Below, piece by piece: positions 36,613-50,370 of a stretch of 64,000 nt of DNA. Under the pieces are notes generated by a model. The model had not been told where the DNA came from. It saw nothing but the letters and a program-made list of their open reading frames with translations, and made no database searches. The DNA is taken from contig NIVC01002826.1 of NCBI GenBank assembly GCA_002269645.1, positions 1 to 64,000 of the forward strand. The letters run 5' to 3'. A program made the translations under genes and the position numbers. Source of the DNA: Macrostomum lignano. Its lineage: Eukaryota. Position 1 is the first letter of the stretch; the number at the start of each line of letters is the position of its first letter.

Positions 36613-39600
36613 ATGCTCGAGCCCCGCATGGCAACTAACCAGCTGCAGCCCGGCAGCGACTCGGCATCCTCCTCCAATGCGGGCGCTGATGACGAGGAGA
36701 AGCTGCAGTTCCTCATGTCAGACCCGGAGGCGTCGCCGGACTTGGACGAACTGGGCTCGCCGTTGCCTCCGCTGCCGTTCGCCTCATCGGCCTCAGCGTC
36801 GGCGTCTCAGCCAGCTTCTGTGTCGACCTCCTTCGCGTCGTCTTCCAGCGGTGGAATCTCGGGCCGACGGCAATTCGGCCACAGTCTGGTTATTCAGCAG
36901 CAGCAGCAGCAGCCGTCTGCCATCGGCTCCGCGCCGGCAGCCACGGTCAGGCGCGAGCTGTCCCGACAGCACAGGCGGCATTCGACTTTGGCCGGCGCCG
37001 CAGCCGTTTCTACGCTGTCGCAGCGAGCCAAATCCGCCTGTCTGTCCGCTTTCGGCCTGGCCTTGGCCGGCGATCGCCGGGCAGCTGTATCGGACAAATG
37101 GAGCCAGCGCCGGCTCAACATGATGGCCAGCTACACCAGCGTACGCGTGGAGAAGCTTCAGCACCAGCAGCAGCAGCAGCAGCCGGTTGCCGAAGCCGCC
37201 GCCCCGGCTCACCACCTGTCGTTCGGCTCGCCTCAGCTAGCCGAGTACGAGTCTGTGGGCACATCGGGCTCAATCGCCGCCTACTCTCTGGTTAATCGGC
37301 AGCTGTCCTCGCCATCAGTGCGAGTCTGTCACCATCACAGTCATAGTCATCAGCCTGTCAATTTTTCTGCCGACAGCGTCGACGAAGCCAATTTTAGCAG
37401 CGGCGGCGTCTCAACCGACGAGTTTCATTTCGAACGGCCCAGCGCGGTCTCCGCTCTGCTGCGCGGCACAGCCAGCGTTATCGCGTCGTCTTCGTTGTCA
37501 TGGCGACGGCAGGGACGCTATCCTAGGCCGGAGGCTGGCTCGGCCGGCGTTGATGCCGGCTCGTCGCCCATCACGGCTCGAACGGTTGAAATGGCCCAGA
37601 TGAACAACAGCTACGACGATGACAGCGAGGAGCCTGCGGCCGCCAGCGCCAGGCTCTACAGCAACGCCTCCAACTCGGGCGGCGGCAAACTTGTCCGCTC
37701 CACAGGCCTGGCCAGAATGCTGCGCAATGGCCAACAATCTGGCGGCGGATCTCAAGCGTTGCCAACTTCGTCAACAGCCGCGGCAACCGCCGCCACCACC
37801 TTGGAGACTCCGGCTGATGCCGCCGCTGCCGGGCCGCCGGCCCCCGCTACTGCCAGCCCGTTTGACAAGCAGTTCCGATCCTACGTGCGCTCTACCAAGA
37901 AACAGCAGCAGCAAACACAACCAGGCGGCGGCGGTGGCGGCGGCACCGGATGCAGCCAAGGCCCAGCCAGCCTGTTGACCTGCTTCGGCATCCAGGTGCT
38001 TAACGATCCCAGCACTGTGGCGCTTCAGCGAGACATTGACCAGACCCTGCTGCATCGCCCGTTCTTCACTTATTGGATCACCCTGGTTCACGTGCTGGTG
38101 TTCTTTGGCACTCTGTTTACCTTCGGCTTTGCCCCGATTGGCGTTACTGTTTATAATACTCGGCTGGCAGAGATTATCACTAGGAATATGCTGTCTGCCA
38201 AGGTGAGCTTTCTGCATCTTGGCCGTCGGATTTCATTATTAAGCAAAGTTCAATTATCATCGTTTCCTCTTAATCTCCCTCAGCCCTCTCTCCGCCCTTC
38301 TCTTTCCGCTCTTCTCTTTCCGCCTTCCTATTTCCGCCCTCCTCTCTCCGCCTTTCTCTATCCACTCTCTTTACGGCCCTCCTCCACCCTTCTTCTTTCG
38401 GCCCTTCTCCATGTTCCTCTATCCGTCTATCTCCTCCCACTTCTTTCTCTCCGCATCTCGTCCCCCAGATTCGCCACCCGGTACATGTAGCTCAACTAGC
38501 TACATTCGCGGCCCCCTGCCCGCAGGTGTGCGCCATAGACTATCACAACCTGTTCATCGGGCCGCGCATGTCGGACCTGATTCGAGTGGGCGCCAAGTAC
38601 AGCCTGTGCATGCGCAGATATGAGAAGCTCTATAAGAACATTCTGGAGCAGCAGCGCCGAGCCGAGAATCTCACCGGCTGTTGCATTCACAATGACGGCT
38701 CGGCCTGCTATCAGAGCTCCGCCCCCGGCTGCTCGCCATTTATGAGCACCTGGGTGAAATGGACTGCGGATAAGCCCGGTCCGGAAAATCGAATCAGCGG
38801 CCCCGTCTGCGGTCAGGATCCGCGCACCTGTCAGGAGCCGCGCTCAAACGGTTACCAGACCTGGCCGGATGACATCACCCGGTGGCCGAACTGTCTCCTG
38901 CCGGGGGCTTCCATCTCTGCCACCGATGAACCCAACCACCTTAACTGCCCGATCAGCGCCAGGCCCTGCTGCGTTGGGATCAAAGGTGCGATAAGCGTCA
39001 CCCTGAGTACTGGGAGGAATCCCAGTTAATAGTTACTCTGAACACTCAAGAAATATCCCAAATTATCCTCACTCTGAGCACTCCGGAGAAATATCCCAAA
39101 TTATCCTCACTCTGAGCACTCCGGAGAAATCCCAAATAATCCTCACTCTGAGCACTCCGGAGAAATCCCAAATAATCCTCACTCTGAGCACTCTGGAGAA
39201 ATCCCAAATAATCCTCAGTCTGAGCACTCTGGATAAATCCCAAATAATCCTCACTCTGAGCACTCTGGAGAAATCCCAAATAATCCTCAGTCTGAGCACT
39301 CTGGAGAAATCCCAAATGATCCTCAATCTGAGCACTCTGGAGAAATCCCAAATAATCCTCAGTCTGAGGAGCACTATGGAGAAATCCTAAATGATCATCA
39401 CTCTGAGCACTCTGGAGAAATCCCAAATGATCCTCACTCTGAGCACTCCGGAGAAATCCCAAATGATCCTCACTCTGAGAACTCTGGAGAAATCCCAAAT
39501 AATCCTCAGTCTAAGGAGCACTCTGGAGAAATCCTAAATGATCCTCAATCTGAGCACTCCGGAGAAATCCCAAATAATCCTCACTCTGAGCACTCTGGAG

Positions 39601-42600
39601 AAATCCCAAATAATCCTCAGTCTGAGCACTCTGGAGAAATCCCAAATGATCCTCACTCTGAGCACTCTGGAGAAATCCCAAATGATCCTCACTCTGAGCA
39701 CTCTGGAGAAATCCCAAATGATCCTCACTCTGAGCACTCTGGAGAAATCCCAAATAATCCTCAGTCTGAGGAGCACTCTGGAGAAATCCTAAATGATCCT
39801 CAATCTGAGCACTCTGGAGAAATCCCAAATGATCCTCAATCTGAGCACTCTGGAGAAATCCCAAATAATCCTCAGTCTGAGCACTCTGGAGAAATCCCAA
39901 ATAATCCTCAGTCTGAGGAGCACTATGGAGAAATCCTAAATGATCATCACTCTGAGCACTCTGGAGAAATCCCAAATGATCCTCACTCTGAGCACTCTGG
40001 AGAAATCCCAAATAATCCTCAGTCTGAGGAGCACTATGGAGAAATCCTAAATGATCATCACTCTAGCACTTTAAAGAACTCCCAAATGATCCTCAATCTG
40101 AGCACTCTGGAGAAATCCCAAAGAATCGTCACTCTGAGCACTCTGGATAAATCCCAAAGAATCCTCACTCTGAGCACTTACTCTCAAGTTTCCCTACGTA
40201 CCCTTCAGGCGAATGCGTCCTAACAAGTCAGCACCGTTGCCAATTCCTACGCGGCACATTCTTTCCCGAGCATCACCTGTGCTCCCAGGTGAATTGCCTT
40301 AGCGACGCCTGCGGCATGCTGGGCGTCTCCGATAGGAACCACCCGAGCCAGTTCTACCGCCTGTTCACCAGCCTGTTCCTGCACGCCGGCCTCATCACCC
40401 TGGCCATCACCCTGCTGCACCATCTGCTGTTCCTGCGCCGGCTGGAGCAGCTGGCCGGCTGGCACAGGACCGCCCTGATCTACATCGGCTCCGGCGTGAT
40501 GGGCAACCTAGTGTCCATTAACTTCCTGCCCTACCTGGTGGATGTTGGCCCGACTAGTGCTCAGGTTTGAGTTCTTTTTGCTGCTTCAACTATTCAACTA
40601 CAACTACCCAGACAATCGGCCCTGAACTACCCAGACAATCGGCCCTGAACTACCCAGACAATCGGCCCTGAACTACCCAGACATCAGCCTTGAGCTACCC
40701 AGACAATCAGCCTTAAACTACCCTGAGAATCATCCTTAAACTACCCAGACAATCAGCCTTAAACTACCCAGACAATCAGCCTTAAACTACCCAGACAATC
40801 AGCCTTAAACTACCCAGACAATCAGCCTTAAACTACCCAGACAATCAGCCTTAAACTACCCAGGCAATCAGCCTTAAACTACCCTGAGAGTCAGTCTGAA
40901 ACTACCCAGACAATCAGCCTTAAGCTGATTAAGGCAATTAAGGCAATTAAGGCAATTAGTGCAATTAAAACTACCCTGGCAATCAGCCTTAAGCTACCCA
41001 GACAATCAGTCTTAAACTACCCAGACAATCAGCCTTAAACTACCCTGAGAATCAGCCTTAAACTACCCAGACAATCAGCCTTAAACTACCCAGACAATCA
41101 GCCTTAAACTACCCAGACAATCAGCCTTGAACTACCCAGACAATCAGTCTTAAACTACCCAGACAATCAGCCTTAAACTACCCTGAGAATCAGCCTTAAA
41201 CTACCCTGAGAGTCAGTCTGAAACTACCCAGACAATCAGCCTTAAACTACCCTGAGAGTCAGTCTTAAACTACCGAGACAATCAGCCTTAAACTACCCTG
41301 AGAGTCAGTCTGAAACTACCCAGACAATCAGTCTTAAGCTACCCAGACAATCAGCCTTTAACTACCCTGAGAGTCAGTCTGAAACTACCCTGAGAGTCAG
41401 TCTGAAACTACCCAGACAATCAGCCTCAAACTACCCTGAGAGTCAGTCTGAAACTACCGAGACAATCAGCCTTAAACTACCCTGAGAGTCAGTCTGAAAC
41501 TACCGAGACAATCAGCCTTAAACTACCCTGAGAGTCAGTCTGAAACTACCGAGACAATCAGCCTTAAACTACCCTGAGAGTCAGTCTGAAACTACCGAGA
41601 CAATCAGCCTTAAACTAACCTGAGAGTCAGTCTGAAACTACCCAGACAATCAGCCTCAAACTACCCTGAGAGTCAGTCTGAAACTACCCAGACAATCGGC
41701 CTTAAACTACCGAGACAATCAGCCTTAAGCTACCCAGACAATCAGCCTTAAACTACCCTGAGAGTCAGTCTGAAACTACCCAGACAATCAGTCTTAAACT
41801 ACCGAGACAATCAGCCTTAAACTACCCTGAGAATCAGTCTGAAACTACCCAGACAATCAGCCTCAAACTACCCTGAGAGTCAGTCTGAAACTACCCAGAC
41901 AATCAGCCTTAAGCTACCCTGAGAGTCAGTCTGAAACTACCCAGACAATCAGTCTTAAACTACCGAGACAATCAGCCTTAAACTACCCTGAGAATCAGTC
42001 TGAAACTACCCAGACAATCAGCCTTAAGCTACCCAGACAATCAGCCTTAAACTACCCTGAGAATCAGTCTGAAACTACCCAGACAATCAGCCTTAAGCTA
42101 CCCAGACAATCAGCCTTAAACTACCCTGAGAATCAGTCTGAAACTACCCAGACAATCAGCCTCAAACTACCCTGAGAGTCAGTCTGAAACTACCGAGACA
42201 ATCAGCCTTAAACTACCCTGAGAGTCAGTCTAAAACTACCGAGACAATCAGCCTTAAACTACCCTGAGAGTCAGTCTAAAACTACCGAGACAATCAGCCT
42301 TAAACTAACCTGAGAGTCAGTCTGAAACTACCCAGACAATCAGCCTCAAACTACCCTGAGAGTCAGTCTGAAACTACCCAGAGAATCGGCCCTGAACTAC
42401 CCCACACAGGTTGGCTCGCTGGCGCCAATCCTGATCGAGTTCGGCATGTCCTGGCGATTCGTCACCAACCGCGCCAGATCCGTGGCCATCTTCCTGCTGG
42501 CATTTGCGGTCCTGATAGGCCTGGGCCTTTTCCCCTGGTTCGACAACTTCGCCAATCTGGGCGGCCTGGCCTCCGGCTGCCTGCTGTCGGTGGTGCTGCT

Positions 42601-42892
42601 GCCGTACATTCACCGCGGCAGCACTGAGCAGAGCGCCTATCGATGCCGGCTGATCAGCGTCTGCGTCTGCTCGCTTATCTGGCTCGGCGCCTGTCTACTG
42701 TTTGGCGCCATTTTCTACTTGGCGCCAGTGAGCTCCTGCAGCTGGTGCGTGTATTTCAACTGCGCGCCGAAATGGTTCGAGTCGAATTTTAGGGAGAAAA
42801 CTTTTGTCGATTATTGCGGCAACGCCGATCTTAATCGTCTGGAGCCTACTAGGTGCATTGAACGGTTCAATACTGACATGGGGCACTTGTGA
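36613..42892 (+). CDS. RHBDF: Inactive rhomboid (iRhom/RHBDF family), about 962 aa, 4 exons (36613-38202, 38526-38985, 40209-40564, 42410-42892)
   Basis: It has a long low-complexity cytosolic N-terminus, HRPFFTYWITLVH, a Cys-rich iRhom homology domain (IGPRMSDLIRVGAKYSLCMR; GCCIHNDGSACYQS; CGQDPRTC; RPCCVGIKGEC; CSQVNC), QFYRLFTSLFLHAG, GPTSAQ and PWFDNFAN. All junctions are GT-AG and in frame. Confidence 0.93.
39045..40180. repeat. 36-bp minisatellite (CTCTGGAGAAATCCCAAATAATCCTCACTCTGAGCA) filling iRhom intron 2
   Basis: Direct reading; 12-aa periodic ORFs. Confidence 0.95.
40600..42400. repeat. 23-bp minisatellite (AAACTACCCAGACAATCAGCCTT alternating with AAACTACCCTGAGAGTCAGTCTG) filling iRhom intron 3
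   Basis: Direct reading; the two variants alternate as a 46-bp dimer in the 3' half, and a short (AATTAAGGC)n insert lies near 40928-40968. Confidence 0.95.
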
Positions 42893-43011
42893 GCTTCTTG
42901 GGGTGCTTGGGGTTCTTGGGGTGCTTCTTGCTTGTGCTTGAATACGTGCGGGCTTGTTATTGGCTCTGCTCACTGTTCTGAAAACTGCTGGGTTTAGTGT
43001 TTTGTATTCAT

Positions 43012-44118
43012 GGAGGGAGTTGGATTGTGGTGGCTGCCTGCAGGAGTTGGGTTGTGGTGGCTGCCTGCAGGAGTTGGGTTGTGGTGGCTGCCTGCAGGAG
43101 TTGGGTTGTGGTGGCTGCCTGCAGGAGTTGGGTTGGGTTGTGGTGGCTGCCTGCAGGAGTTGGGTTGGGTTGTGGTGGCTGCCTGCAGGAGTTGGATTGT
43201 GGTGGCTGCCTGCAGGAGTTGGGTTGTGGTGGCTGCCTGCAGGAGTTGGGTTGTGGTGGCTGCCTGCAGGAGTTGGGTTGGGTTGTGGTGGCTGCCTGCA
43301 GGAGTTGGGTTGGGTTGTGGTGGCTGCCTGCAGGAGTTGGATTGTGGTGGCTGCCTGCAGGAGTTGGGTTGTGGTGGCTGCCTGCAGGAGTTGGGTTGTG
43401 GTGGCTGCCTGCAGGAGTTGGGTTGTGGTGGCTGCCTGCAGGAGTTGGATTGTGGTGGCTGCCTGCAGGAGTTGGATTGTGGTGGCTGCCTGCAGGAGTT
43501 GGGTTGTGGTGGCTGCCTGCAGGAGTTGGATTGTGGTGGCTGCCTGCAGGAGTTGGATTGTGGTGGCTGCCTGCAGGAGTTGGATTGTGGTGGCTGCCTG
43601 CAGGAGTTGGATTGTGGTGGCTGCCTGCAGGAGTTGGGTTGTGGTGGCTGCCTGCAGGAGTTGGGTTGTGGTGGCTGCCTGCAGGAGTTGGGTTGTGGTG
43701 GCTGCCTGCAGGAGTTGGGTTGTGGTGGCTGCCTGCAGGAGTTGGGTTGTGGTGGCTGCCTGCAGGAGTTGGGTTGGGTTGTGGTGGCTGCCTGCAGGAG
43801 TTGGGTTGGGTTGTGGTGGCTGCCTGCAGGAGTTGGGTTGTGGTGGCTGCCTGCAGGAGTTGGGTTGTGGTGGCTGCCTGCAGGAGTTGGATTGTGGTGG
43901 CTGCCTGCAGGAGTTGGGTTGTGGTGGCTGCCTGCAGGAGTTGGATTGTGGTGGCTGCCCGCAGGAGTTGGGTTGTGTTTGCTGCCTGCAGGAGTTGGGT
44001 TGTGGTGGCTGCCTGCAGGAGTTGGGTTGTGTTTGCTGCCTGCAGGAGTTGGGTTGTGGTGGCTGCCTGCAGGAGTTGGGTTGTGGTGGCTGCCTGCAGG
44101 AGTTGGGTTGTGGTGGCT
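43012..44118. repeat. 27-bp minisatellite (GTTGGGTTGTGGTGGCTGCCTGCAGGA), about 40 copies, downstream of the iRhom stop
   Basis: Direct reading; 9-aa periodic ORFs, with some units carrying an extra GTTGG. Confidence 0.97.
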
Positions 44119-45586
44119 CATAAATAGCCAGGAACGGTAATCAAACAAGTCTGTTAACCTTATAATTACTATTTTTAAGTATTCGCTATTTCGCGCGCTC
44201 TTTCACACTCTCTAATTGTCCCATGATGCAACGCAAACAATAGCTGGCTGCATTTCTTGTATGCAGTTCCTTTTTAGCCTGGGTCTTTGTGACGGCCGAA
44301 AGTCTTTGTGTTTTTTTGTAAGAAAAGCAGCTGAGCTTCGAGTCTGTTGTTAGGCGCACCTGTGTCAGTGAAGTTGATAATGAAGCAGTGCATTTTCTGG
44401 CATAAACTAGTGAGCTACTCCTAAGCATTCAGTGTATTTTTACTGATAAGCCATATCGCTAATTTCATATTTCATATTTTCAGCTTTCAATTAATTTGTC
44501 TGCTAAAAAAAATCTAAAGTATTAACTTTTCCCTTGCAATGCTACTGCTGTGGTCGGACACGAGTAGTATGTTAATTTGTGAACAAATTGTATTCGCGCG
44601 AGTGAAATTCTGTTTGGCATTTTTTGTGGAGCTGCAATATTTATTCAGAGATAGGCCTGCACAGACGCTGGAGCGCCTACTGATATATATTTTTTCTCTA
44701 GCTATTTTATTTACATACAGGCTTTTGTCCAAGCAGATAATTTCTACCCTATAATATCATCGTCATTGTTACAATCGCAAGCTTTATTGTCTATCATTTA
44801 TGTTGTCAGATTCGTCCCCCAAAGTACATGTACGCCTAAACAAATATTCAATTATTGAAATAGTTAAAAACACGTCTATTTTACGCTATTTAAAATTGGC
44901 TTTTTGTTTATTATAAAAAAAGGAAAACAACTCGACTCTCTCTTTGTTAGAATTTCAGAACACTATTTTACTCAAAAGACCAGTGCCATCTCTAAGATGG
45001 ACATTTTGCTACTTAAATAACTTCTTGCTGTTTTCATATCAGTAGGCTGTTTATTGTGAATTTTCATGCAGTGTTTTTCAAACTATCTTCGATGCTCTAC
45101 TTGTAAGTAGCGTGCCAAGCCAATTGTTGGCAGAATTTACAGCATTGGGAGCTTGGCGCATATCGCATAAGATGGGAAGAGGCTTTGCGGGTACTATTGA
45201 CATTTTATCAATAAGTAAAAATCAGCAGATGGGAAACATTGCAGTAAGAAATAAAATCTGGCTAGAATTTTGATCGAATTGGCATGCAGGTGAGTCTTAC
45301 TAGTGTTAGTCTTTGGGAGGATTCTTGGAAGCGGGCGCTTGAGCTGCATGCTGAGTTAATTAACTATTCGTTTTAGATTCAGAGATTCTTCATGCAAAGT
45401 ACTTTAAAAACAGTAGTGCAACCTGATGCAGTCCAAGTGTCAAAAATCGATATCTAATGATAAATGATCATCCGGTTGACTTTTCGCCAACGATTCGCGC
45501 TCGTTAGCAAAAATATCTTAGATCCCATCTCTGTACACGAACACCCTCTCCTGCGCTTCAGTCGGTAAAGTTCACTTCTTTCCCGC

Positions 45587-46934
45587 TCAGACAATGACAG
45601 CCTTTGGCGCCGACGGATCCAGCGGCATCTTCTCGTCCGTGATGTACTTGGCCGACTCGGCCGGGCTGTCCAGCTCGGTGGACTGGCTGTGCCACAGTTC
45701 GAATGTCTTGCGCACAACCTCGGCGGTGACGATGTCGCCTGCGTTCTTGTTGATCACGGATAGGAGGAAGGTGCCGTCGCTGCGAATGAGGTCGTCGACG
45801 AACTCGCACTCCCAGGCCTTGTTGCGCGAGAATTTCTTGCCGTCCGAGTCGATGACTTCAGCAATCTTCAGATACTTCTTCACGATTCGTCGCCGGCTTG
45901 GGCTCACCATGAGCTTCATGAGCCACCGAGTCAGGGACACGATGTTCAGGCTCAGCATTATCACCACCCAGAACCAAATGACAACGTAGAATTTCTCGTT
46001 TAGCATGTTCACTGGCAGGACGCATTGCAGAATGTAGGACCTGGGCGCGCCAACGTTGCGCACCTCGAAGTGGCAGTAGGTCACTCTGGGGAACACATTC
46101 GTGGTCTGCCAGGTGCGATTGTTGGCTATGTCATTGAATATCTGCAGTCCGAAGCTAGTCATGTTGAGGCCCAGGTAGCTTCGCATCAGGTAGAGCTGTC
46201 CGATGCAGTTGGCGATGTAGCAGGCCTTCACCAGCACGTAAGCCGCTAGCAGGTACATTGCGAAGGCCGGCTTGCCTAGCAGGAAGGACGTCAACCGTTT
46301 GCACGCGTTCTCGTGACCGTAGCGCGATCGATAGCGGAAGAATCGCAGCAGGGAGCTGGCCAGGAAAGCCACTTTTGTCTTGCGTTCGTCGCCAACAAGG
46401 CAATCAGACTCGAGCTTGCGAGCCTGCTCAGCGAGCTGGCGCATGTCAACGCCAACGTTGGTGCTGAGCATCAGCCACAGCAGGTGAGGCACGTAGAACA
46501 GCACGGCCTGGGCCATGAGGATGAACGGCACCCATTGGTAGTAGTCTGAAATTAGACGAGTGCAAATCAGGTGTGCAATAAACTGACTCAATCCCTAGCT
46601 AGGGCGAGATGACCTAGCAAATGTACTCACAGATTGTTCTTCCCTCGCCAGGCTTGTTGGTGTGCCCAATAGGCACGTCGGGATCGAAATAGAAGGTATT
46701 CTCCACCCAGCAATAGTTCTCGGCGTACTGCATCCGTTGGTCGTCCAGTTCTTTGAGTGTCCAGCACTGGATCGGCTCAAACACGTACTGCTTCATGCCG
46801 ATGATGGTGGCGATGGCCAGCAGGATGCCAGGCGTCAGCGCGTAGTTCAGCCTGTCATAATAGTCCTCGGCTCCGTGCGGCACCGACTTGGCGGCGCCGG
46901 CTAGCTTAGTGAAGCTGCTGAGATAACCGTCCAT
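45587..46934 (-). CDS. inx: Innexin (invertebrate gap-junction protein), about 420 aa, 2 exons (46934-46631, 46545-45587)
   Basis: Innexin motifs are present: DYYDRLNY, KQYVFEPIQC, YAENYCWV, YYQWVPFIL, FPRVTYC, CVLPVNMLNEKFY..WFW. An 85-bp phase-1 GT-AG intron joins the exons in frame. Confidence 0.95.
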
Positions 46935-47724
46935 GACTGCTGGCTATAGGGATTCAGGGACTGCTAAGCTGCAGCAAGCTGAACTGGTTCCTAGGGGAGA
47001 GGCTGCTGGTTTTCAAAACAACCTACCATTATTCGCCTTTGGTGGCGTGCGTGTTTATATTATGCATGCTTGGTTGCACAGCAGGTCTGGGGTAGATGGG
47101 GTAAAGAGAGAGAGAGAGAAAGTGGTCTTTACTGGAAAGTGAACTGCAACCAGTACAACTGCCAGTGGTGACCCTGTAGCTGGTGTGTCTGTTTCACCCC
47201 CAATCTGTGTCCTGAGCGCGTCAGTCTCTCTTGGCTTTTCTGGCCACAAATTTGCATGGCCGCCTCACCTGTTCGAGCTGGGGTTTCGAATTACTTTTCT
47301 GCGCAACAAAAACCTGCCCCGAGGGAGTCGGAAATCGATGCGGACAGTCGTACCTGCGCCACTTTTCTCGATCGGGCATTTCCTTTCTTGGCTTCTCCTG
47401 TTGTCCCCCGGGTCACTTGAGTCCAATTTATTTTTCCGCACATACGCCAGCATTGCAATATTAATTGCGCATAAATTTATTACTCTGAAGTCAACGCCGC
47501 ACCAGGGACTACGCGCTGATTAATTAATTTCGAGAAGGCAAGTGTGTCGAATAAAATCACCGATGAGATGAGAGGGCTAGAAAGTGCAACTGCCGATTGG
47601 ATCAGTTGGGTTGATTGGCTGACCGTTCGCGGCATGTCTCACTGTGCTGCCCAAAGGGATATCGAATTGAGCACCGGAATGGTCTCGAAGCAAAGCTTTG
47701 GCTGACTGACTACAATTGATCGTT

Positions 47725-48220
47725 ACTAGCTATCCCTAGCTATCCTGTGGGACTGTCAAACAATCCACTGGTCCGACGGATTGCTAAGATTAGCTGGGGG
47801 TAGTTAGGAATAGCTAGTGATAGCTAAGGTTAGCTAGGAATAGTTATGGATAGTTAACGATAGCTAGGGACAGCTATGGTCAGGTAGAGATAGTTAGTGA
47901 TATCTAGGAATGGTTAGGAATACCTAGAGATAGCTAGGGATAGCTAGAGATAGCTAGGGATAGTTAGGGATAGCTTGTGATAGCTTGGGATAGTTATGGA
48001 AAGCTAGGGATACCTATATTTAGCTAGGGATAGCTTGGGATAGTTAGGGAAAGCTAGGGATAGCTTGGGATAGTTAAGGAAAACTATATTTAGCTAGGGA
48101 TAGCTTGGGATAGTTAGGGAAAGCTAGGGATAGCTTGGGATAGTTAAGGAAAACTATATTTAGCTAGGGATAGCTTGGGATGGTTAGGGAAAGCTAGGGA
48201 TAGGTATGTTAAGCTAGGGA
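47725..48220. repeat. Degenerate (TAGCTAGGGA)-type repeat with a short inverted copy at its 5' side
   Basis: CTAGCTATCCCTAGCTATCC near 47727 is the reverse complement of the GGATAGCTAGGGATAGCTAG modules at 47810-48220. Confidence 0.75.
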
Positions 48221-48640
48221 ATTTATCGCATTCAGTCAGCTTGGTACGGAGCTGGACTTCGTGGCTCCAATCCAAGGCTCCAAGGCTCCAAATTTGATCA
48301 GTTCGTCGGGATTTGCTCTCAGAAAATGCCTGAGAATATTTTGCTGCATCTGCACACCGTTTGCTTCACAAATTTTAAGTTAAATGCGACATTTCGACGA
48401 AAATTAAGGCTCAGAATTATTTACCAAAAAGGCTATTAGGATTAGAAAACTCAAAATCAGACTACAATTTACACAATAATTAACTGCGCATTTGCCAGAG
48501 CAGAACGAGTGAGTGTGCCTAGCTCATATATAATGCATTTAGTGAAGTATAAGCTCAATTCGGTTTTCAATACGAGCTAAAAATAGAAAGTAAGAAAGCA
48601 ATGAATTTTGTCCGGACATTAGAGGCCGTCTATTGGCACT

Positions 48641-49165
48641 CAATCTGTCACACCGCTGCCTCACTCTTCTTGCATCCAGTCTGTCACACCGCTGCCTCAC
48701 TCTTCTGGCACCCAGTGTGTCACACCGCTGCCTCACTCTTCTGGCACCCAGTCTGTCACACCGCTGCCTCACTCTTCTGGCACCCAGTGTGTCACACCGC
48801 TGCCTCACTCTTCTGGCACCCAGTCTGTCACACCGCTGCCTCACTCTTCTGGCACTCAATCTGTCACACCGCTACCTCACTCTTCTGGCACCCAGTGTGT
48901 CACACCGCTGCCTCACTCTTCTTGCATCCAGTCTGTCACTCCACTGCCTCACTCTTCTTGCATCCAGTCTGTCACACCGCTGCCTCACTCTTCTGGCATC
49001 CAGTCTGTCACACCACTGCCTCACTCTTCTTGCATCCAGTCTGTCACACCGCTGCCTCACTCTTCTGGCATCCAGTCTGTCACACCGCTGCCTCACTCTT
49101 CTGGCACTCTATCTGTCACTCCGCTGCTTGAATCTTCTGGCACTCTATCTGTCACACCACTGCCT
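48641..49165. repeat. 36-bp minisatellite (GTCTGTCACACCGCTGCCTCACTCTTCTGGCACCCA), about 14 copies
   Basis: Direct reading. Confidence 0.95.
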
Positions 49166-50370
49166 TTCTAAGCCACGCGATGTGATTTCGCTTTCAGTTT
49201 GCTTTCCGACACCTGTAGCCCATAAGCTACGGCCCTGACAGGTATTTTGTTTATAAAGCGCTTAGCTGATACAGACGCAGTTTGGTACCTGGAGAAGCTG
49301 CTAAACTGTAATCAGTGCGAAGCTGCACCCGAACTGTGCGTATCTGCAGTCAGCATCTCTAAACGGCTCCCTTATTTATCATTTGTTCGTTCGCAAAGCT
49401 CTACTGTGAAAGACCAGTTTTCAAAGGGCTGCACCGTTCCTTTTTATCCGAAAGCACTGCGAAATAGCTAAGTTTATAATCCAGTCTTAGGCAAAAGTAT
49501 CGAAATTTGTGAAAATTTGCCTTTACCCTGAGATCCGGTCTTGCAGTACTGGCTTTGTTTATGACTTTTCAGCTTCTGCGTCAAAAGTCGTGATGCTTTG
49601 CAGAGCCTACAGCTTCATCAATATAGCAACTAGGGTGCAGCTTTTAACTAATTGCATACAGCACGGTCTGGGTGCGTGTTAAGCTAAACGGTTGAAATTG
49701 TTGCGTGGGAAATTTATTATTCATGGCAATTAGCTATCTAATAAATATATATTTTGGGACCTGTACACCCCCATGAATGCATGTCTGGCCTCTGTTTTGG
49801 AGCCAATAAACTATTGGAGTTATTCCATAGACTGTGTTGCATGACATATATTGAGAAGCTCAACTAAAGAAAGGAGGAAATGTCGCAATTACAACAATTA
49901 CTAGAATGATGTTGAATCCTTGGTTGTTGCTGATGGAAATTTTAGTAATTAGTAATAGTTGATTAAAATAAATGACATAAAAACATAAAAAACTTCTGTT
50001 TAAGCATAGCGAATGCTTGCGTTTGCATCCGCTCAAGCGTGCACGATTCCTATCAACAAAATAACGCATGCATATACCAACCACTAGACCGCTTTTAGTA
50101 CGACTTTCGTCAGCATGTTTTTCTATACAAGCTTATTCTGTGCATTTTCAGTTGGAAATTGGAGCTAAGTCCATTTAAAGTTTTGGCCTTTTACAGTATA
50201 ATTGAACTTGTTAATTATTCAACGATTTTATAGCTCGTATAGCTCGTAAATGGATGGAATCGAGGATGATTGAGGGCCGCATTGACGGCTGCTGATATAA
50301 ATTCACGAGATCGAGTTTGCTCCGGCCCCGTTATAAAAATAGATGCTGAATATTGAAACCCGCTCCAACT

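Noticed and set aside
43012-44118. Chi-like or Jeffreys minisatellite core (GGTGG, CAGGAG)
   Set aside because: The match is only partial, and Chi has no established meaning in this context.
42954-44148. Cys-Gly-rich 'ELGCGGCLQ' ORFs resembling keratin-associated or metallothionein-like proteins
   Set aside because: The 27-bp unit is open in several frames and lies after the iRhom stop; the resemblance is coincidental.
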